Of a DNA stretch of 64,000 nt, positions 29,595-40,043 are shown in pieces. A program made the translations under genes and the position numbers. The first letter of the stretch is position 1, and each line of letters opens with the position of its first letter. Below the pieces are notes generated by a model. It ran no database searches. It saw nothing but the letters and a program-made list of their open reading frames with translations, and was not told where the DNA came from. Source of the stretch: Lentisphaeria bacterium (lineage in GTDB: Bacteria > Verrucomicrobiota > Lentisphaeria > JABSQK01 > JAWLHB01); contig JAWLHB010000033.1 in NCBI GenBank assembly GCA_041690595.1, positions 1-64,000 on the forward strand. Reading direction: 5' to 3'.

Positions 29595-30893
29595 TCAGTG
29601 CGCCCCCGGCTCGTCGGCGGCGGGCGGTCCGCCCGGTCCCCCTTCACCCGCCGGGCTGATCTTCGCCCCCGGGTAGAGTACTTCATTGCCGGTGGTGACG
29701 ATGCGCGTACCCGGCTCCAGCGGCGGATCCACGATCTCTACACGGTCACCGCTCGACAGCCCAATCGTCACCAGATGTTGCGTCACCGTGTTGTCATCGT
29801 TCACCACGAAGAGCAACCGCTCCTGATTCTTCAGCGTCAACGCATCGTCCGGCACCAGAATCGCGTTTTCGCGGCTCACCACCGGTAGCCGCGCCCGCAC
29901 GAACATCCCGCTCGCCAGAAGCTTGTCACCCACCATGATCCGGCTCCGTAACTGAAAATTCCGCGACTGCCGATCCGCCAGTGGTATGAAGGTGATCACT
30001 TCCGCATCGAAAGACTGCCCGGGATACGCATCGATCGTCAGCTGGAACGTGCGCCCAGGCTGCAGGTACTGGATGAAACGGTCGGGCACCTCCAGAACCG
30101 CCTCGATCTCGGTCCGCGGCGCAATCTGCATCACATTGCTCCCCGACTCCAGATAGTTGCCCACATCGGTGAAAAGCTCGAGCACCACCCCATCGTAGGG
30201 GGCGACCACCTGCGTCTTGGCAATATCGTGCTGCACGGCATCGACCCGCGCCTGCTGCACCGCAACATCCGCCTCGGCGATCAGTATCTCTTCCCGCCGA
30301 GGACCACTTACCGCTTCATCGAGGCTCGCCTTGGCCGCAAGAAGCTGCGCCTCCGCCTGCTCCGCCGTAGCCCGCGCGCGAGTGAGTTCCGCCTCCGTCT
30401 GCACATCCTGCTTGAAGAGATTCTCCGTGCGCGTCAGATCATCCCTGGCCTCCCGAAGGTTGGCTTCGGCTTCCTGCACCACCGCCCTCAGGCGGGCCAC
30501 CCTCTCCGGCCGCGTGCCTGCCTTCATCTCCTCCAGCACACGCTGGGCGCGCAGCAGGGAAGCCTCTTCCAGTTGGAGACGTACCCGATAGTCACTGTCG
30601 TCGATTTTTACCAGAATTTCCCCTTCGTCGAAAGCATCCCCCTCGCGTACGTTGAGCATCTGCGCCAGCCCGCTCGCTTCACTGCGCACCAGTGTATGCC
30701 GGGAAAAGCGCGTCGCCCCCACCAGCGCCGCCATCTCGGTAATCGTTCCCCGCTCTACTTCACCAAGTAGGACCGGAACGCTTTGCTCTCCCATCGGCGG
30801 GCCTCCCCCTTGCGGCTCCTCTTCCTTCCCACAACTGATGAGAAGCAACGCGGCAACGACGGTAACGGCAAATATCCAAGGCTTCACGTTCAC
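29595..30893 (-). CDS. RND periplasmic adaptor (membrane fusion protein), lipoprotein
   Basis: LISC lipobox, long helical hairpin, APYDGVV and GMFVRA motifs. Confidence 0.93.
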   Translation of the reverse strand: MNVKPWIFAVTVVAALLLISCGKEEEPQGGGPPMGEQSVPVLLGEVERGTITEMAALVGATRFSRHTLVRSEASGLAQMLNVREGDAFDEGEILVKIDDSDYRVRLQLEEASLLRAQRVLEEMKAGTRPERVARLRAVVQEAEANLREARDDLTRTENLFKQDVQTEAELTRARATAEQAEAQLLAAKASLDEAVSGPRREEILIAEADVAVQQARVDAVQHDIAKTQVVAPYDGVVLELFTDVGNYLESGSNVMQIAPRTEIEAVLEVPDRFIQYLQPGRTFQLTIDAYPGQSFDAEVITFIPLADRQSRNFQLRSRIMVGDKLLASGMFVRARLPVVSRENAILVPDDALTLKNQERLLFVVNDDNTVTQHLVTIGLSSGDRVEIVDPPLEPGTRIVTTGNEVLYPGAKISPAGEGGPGGPPAADEPGAH

Positions 30894-31124
30894 TCTCCAG
30901 GTAAGGCCGAAAACGAGAACGTCGCCATGGTGGCGACGTTGTCTGGCGGGAAAATAGGAAAGGAAACTCTACCTGAACGCCCCAGGAAAAGCAAGGGGCA
31001 AGCCACACAAAAATCGCCGCAGCTACCGCCGAACTCCTGCGACGAACTTGATTCGTCTCTCCTGCGATTTAGAGTGACAGCTTTGCCATCTCCGAAAATC
31101 GGCCACGTGAAAGGGGAACTGATC

Positions 31125-32066
31125 TTGGATCCGGTACGTCGTCGCGCTCACCTGCTGGCGTTGATCACTGCTATCTTCTGGAGCTTCGCCTTCGTCTCCA
31201 TTCGACAGGTCATGGAGCAATTCGAAAGCGCGGGTACCGCAACCTGGAACTCCGTGATGGCCATGTTCCTCGTGCGCGTGACGGTCAGCGGCATCCTCTT
31301 CACCCCACTCCTCTGGCACCAGCGCGCTATAGTGCGGCACCTCGGCCGACGCGAGTGGCTCCTCGTGGTGGGCGTGGCCGCATTCGGAAGCTTCGGCTAT
31401 CATCTCCCCCTCAACTATGGCGCCATGACCCTCCAGTCGGGCACCGTCGGACTGATGACCGCCATGAGTCCGATCTTCTCCGCCATGCTCGCCTTCCTCC
31501 TCCTGCGCGAGCGCATGGGCCCCGGACGGATAGCGGGCGTCATGCTCGGCGTGGCGGGAGTGGCACTCTGCCTGCGCGCCCAGGGTGTGCTGGCCTGGAG
31601 CGGAGACGGCATGGACTGGCAGGGGCTCCTCGCCCCAGGAGCGATGCTGATTGCCTCCATGAGCGGCGCTGCCTTCGCCATCGTCGGACGATCCCTGGGA
31701 CGGCGCGTTCCCAAGGCGGTAACACTCGGACTCGGACTCTCCCTCGCCACGATCCTGGCGCTCCCCATGTGGTCCGCGGAGGTCCTGCGCGCCCTCGCGG
31801 TGCTCGACGGTCTCGGCTGGCTGGCGATGCTCTACCTCGCCGTCATCTGCCTCTGGCTGGCGTACTGGCTATGGTACCAGGCCCTCTCCGCTCTGGACAC
31901 CGTCGAAGTCACCATCTACCTCAACCTCACCACCGTCCTGGCCATCTTGTGGGGATTCCTCCTCTACAACGAACGGGTGACCCTGGTCTACCTCTGGGGT
32001 GCCGCCTGCGTCATCTCCGCCGTCATCCTCGTCAATCGACGCCCAGCCACCCCGCTTCCGCGCTGA
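31125..32066 (+). CDS. DMT/EamA family transporter
   Basis: About 10 TM segments; FWSFAFV, LLRERMG and LYNERVT motifs; start uncertain. Confidence 0.9.
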   Translation: MDPVRRRAHLLALITAIFWSFAFVSIRQVMEQFESAGTATWNSVMAMFLVRVTVSGILFTPLLWHQRAIVRHLGRREWLLVVGVAAFGSFGYHLPLNYGAMTLQSGTVGLMTAMSPIFSAMLAFLLLRERMGPGRIAGVMLGVAGVALCLRAQGVLAWSGDGMDWQGLLAPGAMLIASMSGAAFAIVGRSLGRRVPKAVTLGLGLSLATILALPMWSAEVLRALAVLDGLGWLAMLYLAVICLWLAYWLWYQALSALDTVEVTIYLNLTTVLAILWGFLLYNERVTLVYLWGAACVISAVILVNRRPATPLPR

Positions 32067-32079
32067 CAAAGCATCCTCG

Positions 32080-33009
32080 TCAGAGCCGCTCCATACGGCC
32101 GGTCCGAGTATTCACTACCGGCATCCCGGCGATGGCACGCCGGCGATCATCCCCGCTGAGGAAGGAAAGCTTGCCCTCCCGATCACGCGACTCGCGCGAT
32201 TTCGAGCTGACAAAACCCTCCGCGACGCTCCGCGGCGTCAGCCCCCCCAACCTGTCCCGGCGCACGAAAAACGCATTGTTTCCCGCGCTGGTGCAACCGA
32301 CAAACGCATACCCCTTCTCCTCCGCCAGATCGCACAACGCCATCAGAGACGCCCCGAAATACAGATTCGTAAAGTGCTTGTCCGTCCGCCTGAACGCCGC
32401 ATCATACGGCACCGTCCATGGCTGATCCGCTCCGAAAAGACTGTTGTACTCGACGATGACTACAATCGGATCCACCACCTCGATCGCCTTCCACACCCAG
32501 TAGTCATTGCCGTCGATGTCGATGTGCAGCAGACCGATCTCCCCGGCAAAATGGTTCTGGCTGATAAGCTCATTGATGTTCTCCGCCGTGACAAATGCCG
32601 GCACCGCCGTCAGCTCGTACCGCCAGTACAGCTCCTCCCCCTTGATGGCGGCAATGTTCAGCGGATTGCCATCCATGATCAGCCCACTCCAGTTCCTCGA
32701 CATCAGCAGATAACGCGTATTCGCCTCACTGTAATTCTCCACGCCGAACTCGATGAAGCTCTCCGTCGTGATCTCCAGGTAATCTACCAGAAAGCTGATG
32801 ATGCCATCATCCCCCCATTGCGAGAAGACACTGAACTCTGCCGCCTGAAGGTTATGGCGAATCTGCTCCGCCTGCGCCATATTCATCCCGTGGAGAATGC
32901 CGGCCGAGATGATGGCCGACCGTTCCATGCTCCGCACCAGCGGACGGACCCGAACTCTGGGAAGCAACATTCGCCTCAGCGAACCGACCGGTTTTTGTAG
33001 GAGCTGCAT
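32080..33009 (-). CDS. Conserved hypothetical protein, FkbM-like methyltransferase fold
   Basis: FSQWGDDGII, FIEFGVENYSEANT, LLHIDIDGNDYWVW, VIVEYN, GASL and GNNAFFV motifs. Confidence 0.75.
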   Translation of the reverse strand: MQLLQKPVGSLRRMLLPRVRVRPLVRSMERSAIISAGILHGMNMAQAEQIRHNLQAAEFSVFSQWGDDGIISFLVDYLEITTESFIEFGVENYSEANTRYLLMSRNWSGLIMDGNPLNIAAIKGEELYWRYELTAVPAFVTAENINELISQNHFAGEIGLLHIDIDGNDYWVWKAIEVVDPIVVIVEYNSLFGADQPWTVPYDAAFRRTDKHFTNLYFGASLMALCDLAEEKGYAFVGCTSAGNNAFFVRRDRLGGLTPRSVAEGFVSSKSRESRDREGKLSFLSGDDRRRAIAGMPVVNTRTGRMERL

Positions 33010-33104
33010 AATATCCATAGACCACATATCTTGAGGTTCTATACACATCCAAGCCCCCATTCCACAATACCCCCAACACAAATCCATCTGCAAATGCTTT
33101 ACGA

Positions 33105-33680
33105 CTACACCCTCAACGACCCGCGAAACGCCCGGGCGCCGTAGTAGGATTGCGCTCCATTGTGGTAGATGAAAACCCGACCGAACCTGCGATCGCCAAA
33201 CAACGCACCGCCAAGCTCGCGGATGGCGGCAGGCGTCCTCACCCAGCTCGACGTCTTCGTGTCGAAGTCCCCCAGCTTCTGAAACTCCCCATACTCCTCT
33301 TCCGTCAGGATTGTAATTCCCATGGCGGATGCCATATCGACAGCGCTGTTCTCCGGCTTATGCGCTTTCCGAGAATCCAGCGCTTCACGGTCATAGCAGA
33401 CACTCCTCCGGCCACTGGGACTCTCCGCCGAACAATCCATGAAGATGTAGTCGCCCGAATCCGCGTCGCGACCGACCACATCGGGTTCGCCACCCGTTCT
33501 CTCCATTTCATGGAGCGACCACAGCTTCTCCGGACTTCCTTCCAGCCGGCCTTTCAGCTCCGCCCAGTCAACGTCACCATGTCGGCTCATGTTCGCATCG
33601 AAGCGGGCTTTCAGCGTACTAAACAGCTCCTCGCGTTGCTCGGGCGACAACGCATCTCTCGATTCCGCACCTTTCTTCAT
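33105..33680 (-). CDS. DUF4256 domain protein
   Basis: EMERTGGEPDVV, DCSAESPSGRRSVCYD, FDTKTSSW and HNGAQSYYGARAFRG motifs. Confidence 0.9.
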   Translation of the reverse strand: MKKGAESRDALSPEQREELFSTLKARFDANMSRHGDVDWAELKGRLEGSPEKLWSLHEMERTGGEPDVVGRDADSGDYIFMDCSAESPSGRRSVCYDREALDSRKAHKPENSAVDMASAMGITILTEEEYGEFQKLGDFDTKTSSWVRTPAAIRELGGALFGDRRFGRVFIYHNGAQSYYGARAFRGSLRV

Positions 33681-33696
33681 CGTCCAATCCTCTCAT

Positions 33697-35025
33697 TCAA
33701 GGCGAAATTGCAGGTTCGGCATCCACGATGAAACCATGCGCGAAGCCACGATAAGCAACAGTGATGGTCGGCGCGTAAAGCGGCCCGACCCTGGAGCCGT
33801 CAGGATGAATCCACTCCCAGGGAGCGCCACGATTCGCCGCATCCAGACCGTCGAACCCATTGTAACGGCGCATGTGCTCGACGAATACCCGCGCCGTCGC
33901 GCTGGCCAGGGTCGGCTCCGTGATCGCCACACCGCGCAGAAACCAACCGGTGAACATGCCCCAGTACCCGCCATTCTGGTAGGTGTCCTTCTCCATGGGC
34001 GTATCCTGCCAGTACTCCCCTTGACGCAAATGCCTGACGTGTCCCTGATAGGTGACATGCCCCTGGGTGGGGACGCAATCCAGTTCCGGCGCCGCTGTCG
34101 CCGCGGCGAGCGCACGGGAAGCCTGCCTGGCATGCTCGCGATCCAGGATGCCCAATGCCAGCGCGAACGACGTGCCGCGTACACAAGCCTGCCTCCCGAT
34201 ACCCGAGGCAGACAGCAGCCACCCTTCCTCGGCAGCGGCGGCATGCCAGAGCTTGCCCGGCAAGTTCGCCGCGATCCGCTCGGCAACCCGCCGATAGTCG
34301 CTGCTCCTCTCCTCCTGCCCCATCGCGGACAAGATGCAGGCAAGCCGCATGGCCGCCCGCCAGCGCAGGATCGAGCCATCCAGCAGGTACCCCGTCTTCA
34401 CGATGGCATCGGAAAACGCAACCGCCCGGGTCTCCGGGCGCGTAAAGGCCAGCTCCGTTTCCGCATCATGTTCGGGAGATCTGAACGCATGTTCGAGGCG
34501 CTCCAGCAGCCGTACCCCTGCGACCGCCTTCTCGAACAACCCCGTGTCGCCTCTCTGCCGGTACCAGTGATAAGCCAACTCGACAAACATGTAGCATGCA
34601 TCCTGCGCCGCCCGCATGCCGTATCGGCCGCTGCCCTGATCGTCCCCGGCGCTGTAGGTGCCCGGAAAAAAGACCGCCCCCCCGTCCTCGCACAACACAT
34701 GATCCGCAATCGCCCACGCCGAGACCTCCAGCCCATGCTGCAGACGACGGACCTCCGATCCATTCTGCGTCTGAGCAAGGATCTCGATCATGGGCTCGAT
34801 CTCCGTCTCGCCAAGCAGTCCGCTGGCCGCAACCCAGACCGCATCTCGAGTCCAGAACGCCGGGTACTGGCGGCTCCCGCTCGCCAGGTAGGCAGGAAAG
34901 TCATTCCCCCCAATCCGCACCGTTGTCCGGCACGCCGCGATCACCTTCCGCGTCAACTCGCGAAGAAACCCGAGATCCCCCTCATCGACCAGCGGCATCT
35001 CCCGATCATTTGTGCTCATGCTCAT
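33697..35025 (-). CDS. Six-hairpin (alpha/alpha)6 glycoside hydrolase-like protein
   Basis: YPAFWTRD, YQNGGYW and GAPWEW motifs. Confidence 0.75.
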   Translation of the reverse strand: MSMSTNDREMPLVDEGDLGFLRELTRKVIAACRTTVRIGGNDFPAYLASGSRQYPAFWTRDAVWVAASGLLGETEIEPMIEILAQTQNGSEVRRLQHGLEVSAWAIADHVLCEDGGAVFFPGTYSAGDDQGSGRYGMRAAQDACYMFVELAYHWYRQRGDTGLFEKAVAGVRLLERLEHAFRSPEHDAETELAFTRPETRAVAFSDAIVKTGYLLDGSILRWRAAMRLACILSAMGQEERSSDYRRVAERIAANLPGKLWHAAAAEEGWLLSASGIGRQACVRGTSFALALGILDREHARQASRALAAATAAPELDCVPTQGHVTYQGHVRHLRQGEYWQDTPMEKDTYQNGGYWGMFTGWFLRGVAITEPTLASATARVFVEHMRRYNGFDGLDAANRGAPWEWIHPDGSRVGPLYAPTITVAYRGFAHGFIVDAEPAISP

Positions 35026-35028
35026 TGA

Positions 35029-35289
35029 TTACTTCAGGTCGTCTGGGCTGTAGGGGAGGACAAGAGAGATTTTCACTTTCTGGGCGTCTGTCAGGTCACT
35101 CGCGTCGATAGTGCCCCAGAGAAGTCCCTGTTTCTCCTTCTCCCGCATATTGTCAAACTTTCGCGAGACGACAACCACATGGATGTTGTCGCCAATGCCA
35201 TCTGAGACATCAACCGTCTCGCCGAATTCCTTGAATTGGCCTCGCAAGACGTCGTGTATCCTTCTTTTCAATTCTGGGTCAGCAGGCAT
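35029..35289 (-). CDS. Small BolA-like-fold protein
   Basis: AGGAGA RBS; NIHVVVVSRKFDNM resembles the BolA H-x-x-V-V-S-x-x-F segment. Confidence 0.65.
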   Translation of the reverse strand: MPADPELKRRIHDVLRGQFKEFGETVDVSDGIGDNIHVVVVSRKFDNMREKEKQGLLWGTIDASDLTDAQKVKISLVLPYSPDDLK

Positions 35290-35413
35290 GGTAGTCTCCT
35301 CTGTTTCCTGCAAATGAAGAAAGCCTGAATTTCGCAGCTGTCAAGTAACTTGAGACAAGGGCCTCTGTCCACGCGGCTTGTACGAACGGTGGTACCGGCA
35401 GTAGATTCAGCGC

Positions 35414-36799
35414 ATGCCAGACACACCTGCCCAGGAAAAACCGGAACGAGAGGTCCTGCTCACCGGCGCCACCGGATACGTTGGCGGTCAGCTGCTCGAT
35501 GCCCTGCTTGCACGCGGCGTGCGCGTCCGATGCATGGTTCGCCGCGAGGCGGAGCTGGATCCACGCTGCACCCTTGTTCACGGCGATGTCCTCCGGCCGG
35601 AGACCCTGGGGCCGGCGCTTCACGCCATCGACACCGCCTACTATATGGTTCATGCCATGGGTGGCGACGGCGACTTCGAAGCGCGCGACCGCGAAGCCGC
35701 CACCGCCTTCGCACAAGCCGCCGCCGAACAGCGGGTGAGGCGCATCATCTACCTCGGCGGTCTGGGCGATGACAGCGATTCGCTCTCCACGCACCTGCGC
35801 AGCCGTCACGAGGTGGGGCGATTGCTGGCAGCCTCCGGGGTGGAGACCATCGAACTCCGCGCGGGCGTCGTCATCGGCGGCGGAAGCCTCTCCTTCGAGA
35901 TGATCCGCGCCCTGGCCGAACGGCTGCCGATGATGATCATGCCCCGTTGGGTGCGGACGGAGACGCAACCGATTGGCATCTCCGACCTCCTCGACTATCT
36001 CTGCGACGCCGCCGATCTTCCCCCCGCAAAGAGCCGCATCATCGAAATCGGTGGTGCGGATACGACGTCTTACGAAGGATTGATCCGCGAGTACATCGCC
36101 CAGCGCGGCCTCAAGCGCTGGCTGCTGCCAGTGCCGATTCTCTCCCCGTACTTATCGGGCTTGTGGCTGGGACTGGTAACACCGTTGCAGGCAAGAGTCG
36201 GCCGAGCGCTCGTCTCCAGCCTGCGAAACACCACTGTCGTGCGCGACCCCGCCGCCCGAACGCTCTTCGCGGTGCAGCCACGTGGTTACGCGGCGGCGAT
36301 TGCCGAGGCGCTTCGCTCCGACATCGGGCCGCCGAACACCCGCGTCTTCGTGCGGCGCACACTCATCGACGCACCGGCCAGTCAGCTCTTTGCCTGGCAT
36401 GAGCGGGCCGACGCCCTGCAGCGGACAATCCCACCCTGGGAGAAGTTCCGGATCCTGCGGGCAACCGGTCGGATCACCCCCGGCAATCGCGTCGAGATCC
36501 AACTGCGCCTGGGGCCCATCCCGCTGCATTGGGAGGCGGAGCACACGGATTACGAACACGGTCATCAGTTTGCCGACGTGCAGCTTCGTGGCCCCTTTGT
36601 CTACTGGAAGCACTGGCACCGTGCCATTCCCCAAGGTGACATGCAGTCCATACTCGAAGACCGGGTTCACTATGCCTTGCCCCTCGGCTCCCTGGGCGCA
36701 TGGCTGGCCGGACGCTTTGTCGAGCGCCGGCTTGCACGCACCTTCGAATATCGCCACGCCGTGACCAAACGCGATGTCGAGGCGGAATCGCCAAGCTGA
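35414..36799 (+). CDS. YbjT-like NAD(P)-binding oxidoreductase fused to an SRPBCC domain
   Basis: TGATGYVG, AYYMVHAM, HLRSRHEVG, GSLSFEMIR and TQPI; C-terminal FADVQLRGPFVYWKHWH and DRVHYALP. Confidence 0.85.
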   Translation: MPDTPAQEKPEREVLLTGATGYVGGQLLDALLARGVRVRCMVRREAELDPRCTLVHGDVLRPETLGPALHAIDTAYYMVHAMGGDGDFEARDREAATAFAQAAAEQRVRRIIYLGGLGDDSDSLSTHLRSRHEVGRLLAASGVETIELRAGVVIGGGSLSFEMIRALAERLPMMIMPRWVRTETQPIGISDLLDYLCDAADLPPAKSRIIEIGGADTTSYEGLIREYIAQRGLKRWLLPVPILSPYLSGLWLGLVTPLQARVGRALVSSLRNTTVVRDPAARTLFAVQPRGYAAAIAEALRSDIGPPNTRVFVRRTLIDAPASQLFAWHERADALQRTIPPWEKFRILRATGRITPGNRVEIQLRLGPIPLHWEAEHTDYEHGHQFADVQLRGPFVYWKHWHRAIPQGDMQSILEDRVHYALPLGSLGAWLAGRFVERRLARTFEYRHAVTKRDVEAESPS

Positions 36800-37041
36800 A
36801 TTCCCGACAGGGAGCCCACGCCGCCCCCATCCGCCATCGCCAGGAAGAATAATGGCGACTGCGCCGACATCCTCTTTCAGCCTCAAAAAGGGCGAAGTGG
36901 AAGACATTTGTTGCACTCCGTCATCTCCATCTTTTAGAGTAGCTTTGTACTTCGAATGGATCGTCCGAAACACGGATCAGGGCGAGGTTGACCACTTGCG
37001 GAAGCGCAACGGCGACCCCCCATCAGCAAAGCGAGGGATGG

Positions 37042-37896
37042 ATGAGCGACGCGAGTTCTCAGCAAGAAATGGTGATCAAGCCCAAACACGGGCTCATCGC
37101 CGTCGATTTTCGTGAGCTATGGCAATATCGCGAGCTCTTCTTCTTTCTCGCGTGGCGCGATATAGCCGTACGTTACAAGCAGACCCTCATCGGCATCTTC
37201 TGGGCTGCCTTGCAGCCCCTGATGACGATGGTCATCTTCACGGTCATCTTCAACAAGCTGGCCGGGCTCAAGGCCGCGGGCGATACCCCCTATGCGGTCA
37301 TGACCTTCGCCGCCCTGCTGCCATGGCAGTTCTTCGCCAATGCCATGAGTCAAAGCAGCAACTCGCTGGTCAATTCCGCCAACATGCTCCGCAAGGTCTA
37401 CTTTCCGCGGCTGATCATGCCCAGCAGCGCGGTGATCAGCGGCGCCGTCGACTTCCTCATCGCCGCGCTGATCCTGATGGCGATGATGCTCTACTACGGC
37501 GTGGGCGTCCAACTCCACATCCTGCTCCTGCCGCTCTTCTTTCTGATGGCGGTCGGCTGCGCCTTCGGCATCGGCCTCTGGTTCAGCGCCCTCAATGTGA
37601 AGTATCGCGATGTGAAGCACGTCATCCCCTTCATTCAGCGCATGGGCATGTACGTCTGCCCCATCGGCTTCATGAGCTCCGTGGTGCGGGACAACCTCTC
37701 GACACCCGTCTACTTCCTTTATAACCTCAATCCCATGGTCGGGGTGATCGACGGCTTTCGCTGGGCAATCCTGGGGCCCGCCTACGAGCCATACTGGCCC
37801 GGATTCTGGGCCAGCGCCGCCATCGTCGTCCTGCTGATCGTCTCCGGCGCCTACTTCTTCCGTTCGGTCGAGCGCACCTTCGCCGATATCGTCTGA
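37042..37896 (+). CDS. wzm: Polysaccharide ABC exporter permease
   Basis: ELWQYRELFFFLAWRDIAVRYKQT, KVYFPR, LNVKYRDV, LNPM and ERTFADIV motifs. Confidence 0.93.
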   Translation: MSDASSQQEMVIKPKHGLIAVDFRELWQYRELFFFLAWRDIAVRYKQTLIGIFWAALQPLMTMVIFTVIFNKLAGLKAAGDTPYAVMTFAALLPWQFFANAMSQSSNSLVNSANMLRKVYFPRLIMPSSAVISGAVDFLIAALILMAMMLYYGVGVQLHILLLPLFFLMAVGCAFGIGLWFSALNVKYRDVKHVIPFIQRMGMYVCPIGFMSSVVRDNLSTPVYFLYNLNPMVGVIDGFRWAILGPAYEPYWPGFWASAAIVVLLIVSGAYFFRSVERTFADIV

Positions 37897-37927
37897 CCTG
37901 CCACTCCTGCAAGCGAGGATTACAAAT

Positions 37928-38797
37928 ATGAATGCGCAAGCGCTGGCTGTCGAACATGCGGTGGAGGTTCATCCTTTCGACTCCGACAAACTCTCCTACT
38001 ACCGCACCAGCCACCATTTCGAAGCCTACGCCGAGATCGAATCGGTCGCCGACTACGAGCAATGCGTGCAGTGGGCGGCCTCCCATGGGCGCGACCTCTA
38101 CCTCTTGGGGAATGGCTCGAACACCCTCTTCGTCCGTGAACAGGTGCACAGCCTCATCGTCAAGAACGCCCTGCCGCGCGACATCGAACCCCTGCCCGAC
38201 CACCGCCTGCGTGTCTCCTCCTCCGTCCCCCTCAACCGCGTGCTCCAGCACTGCTGGAAAGAGCGCCTCAACTCCTTCTACTACCTCTCTTCCGTGCCCG
38301 GCAACGTCGGCGGTGCTCTCGCCATGAACGCCGGCCGTGGGCGAGACCACAACATGACCATCTACGACTTCGTCGAATCCGTCACCTGGTGGCAGGACGG
38401 CGAACTGGTCACCCGAGAGGCCGGCGAAATAGAACGCGGCTACCGCCATACCCCCTTCACGGGCATGGACCCGCGGCTGATCGTCAGTGCCGTGCTCAAA
38501 TTTACGCCAGGCAACTTCACCGGCTCCCCCATCAAGGAACGAGCCCAATGGACCCATATTCACCAGGACAATACCAAGCCCAACTGCGGCTCGGTCTTCA
38601 AGGAAGCCGACTTTTCCATCCTGAAACGCCTGCGCGGCCTGCATATCGGCGGCGCACGCTACTCCAGCGAAACGATCAACTGGATCAACAACGAGGCCGG
38701 CGGCAGCAGGTCCATCGTCATGCTGATTCGCCTGGCCCAAAGCCTCCATGTCGTCATGGGCAAGAAGGCCGTCCCTGAAGTGATCATGGTACGATGA
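37928..38797 (+). CDS. MurB-like FAD-dependent reductase (paralog inside a glycan locus)
   Basis: LLGNGSN, VPGNVGGALAMNAG, GYRHT, NCGSVFK and C-terminal PEV motifs. Confidence 0.8.
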   Translation: MNAQALAVEHAVEVHPFDSDKLSYYRTSHHFEAYAEIESVADYEQCVQWAASHGRDLYLLGNGSNTLFVREQVHSLIVKNALPRDIEPLPDHRLRVSSSVPLNRVLQHCWKERLNSFYYLSSVPGNVGGALAMNAGRGRDHNMTIYDFVESVTWWQDGELVTREAGEIERGYRHTPFTGMDPRLIVSAVLKFTPGNFTGSPIKERAQWTHIHQDNTKPNCGSVFKEADFSILKRLRGLHIGGARYSSETINWINNEAGGSRSIVMLIRLAQSLHVVMGKKAVPEVIMVR

Positions 38798-38822
38798 AAC
38801 GTCTGACCACGGAACTATCCGC

Positions 38823-40043
38823 ATGAACCTCGCCATTCTTACCTTGCATTACGGATACAACGAAGGCGCCATGCTGCAGGCCTGGTGCCTGGCACGGAGC
38901 CTGAGCAACGCCATGCCCGAACATGCCCTGCAAGCCGAGCTTTTCGACCATCGCTATCCGCACAAACAGAGAATGTACGGCAAGCCTACTACCGCTCGCA
39001 AGCAGGCCATGACCTTCTTCCTCGAACGACAGCTGCCGCTCAGCACCGAACACATCTGCGATGATAGCCACATCGAGTCCTTTCGACGGCTCGACGCCAG
39101 GTACCAGGGCATTGTCGTCGGCAGCGATGAAGTCTGGAGAGTCGATTACTCCCGCGCCTGGCTCGGCTTGATGGTCCGCCAGGAAGGCAAATGGACACCC
39201 GCCTTCCCCAATCTCTATTGGCCCGACAGCACCATTTCCGCACCCAAGGCCTCCTATGCCGCTGCCAATGGCGACCTCTGCGACTACACGACCATCCCCA
39301 AGCACGACCGCCGGCGCATGCACCGCATCCTCAGCGACTTCGTCTATCTCGGCGTACGCGACCACAAGACCCTTGCCTACCTCGAATGGCTCGGCAAAGA
39401 CCTCGCCGAACGCGCCGAAATCACCCCCGACCCCACCTTCTCTCACGACGTCATCGGCGATGTCGATCGGCAACAGTTGCGCCGGCGTCTCGAACGCGCC
39501 GGCATGGACTATTCCCGGCCTCGTCTCGGCCTGGTGATGTGGGAGGATGTGCCCGAGGTCGACGAGGCTATCGCCCAGTTGCAGGCACAGGAATACCAGG
39601 TCGTCGTCCTCAACGGCCATCATCCGCGCGCCGACATCTCCCTGAGCGACCTCGACCTGAGCCCCCCCGAGTGGGCAGCCACCTTCGGCGAGTTCAATCT
39701 CTGCTTCTCCCAGCGCATGCACGGCTGCATCTTCTCCCTCCTCAACAACACCCCCCTCGTCGGCATCGAAGTGCACCAGAATCCCCTCGGACATCCCACC
39801 AAGATGCGCGACCTGCTCCAGCAGATGCAACTCCTCGACTTCTACCATGATTGCTCCGCGACCAATCCAATCACCCTCGCCGAACGCAGCGAACGCGCCC
39901 GCACCGCCTGGCCGGAAGACGCCGTCAGAGACCGCTGCACGCTCATGCGACAGCGCTCCACCGACGCCATTCGCCGCATCGTCGACCTCACGGCCGCCGC
40001 GGCTCCCCCGGAACTCCTCCTCGATCATCGGCAGTTGACGTGA
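38823..40043 (+). CDS. Polysaccharide pyruvyl transferase family protein
   Basis: YNEGAMLQAWCL, VVGSDEVW, ASYAA, LGVRD, PDPTF and RMHGCIFS motifs. Confidence 0.88.
   Translation: MNLAILTLHYGYNEGAMLQAWCLARSLSNAMPEHALQAELFDHRYPHKQRMYGKPTTARKQAMTFFLERQLPLSTEHICDDSHIESFRRLDARYQGIVVGSDEVWRVDYSRAWLGLMVRQEGKWTPAFPNLYWPDSTISAPKASYAAANGDLCDYTTIPKHDRRRMHRILSDFVYLGVRDHKTLAYLEWLGKDLAERAEITPDPTFSHDVIGDVDRQQLRRRLERAGMDYSRPRLGLVMWEDVPEVDEAIAQLQAQEYQVVVLNGHHPRADISLSDLDLSPPEWAATFGEFNLCFSQRMHGCIFSLLNNTPLVGIEVHQNPLGHPTKMRDLLQQMQLLDFYHDCSATNPITLAERSERARTAWPEDAVRDRCTLMRQRSTDAIRRIVDLTAAAAPPELLLDHRQLT

Noticed and set aside
33030..33085. C/A-rich quasi-repeat between two genes
   Set aside because: Too degenerate to separate from the local strand skew
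35414..36799. Oxidoreductase-SRPBCC fusion as a novel system
   Set aside because: Similar fusions (YbjT/DUF2867, epimerase-SRPBCC) are widespread
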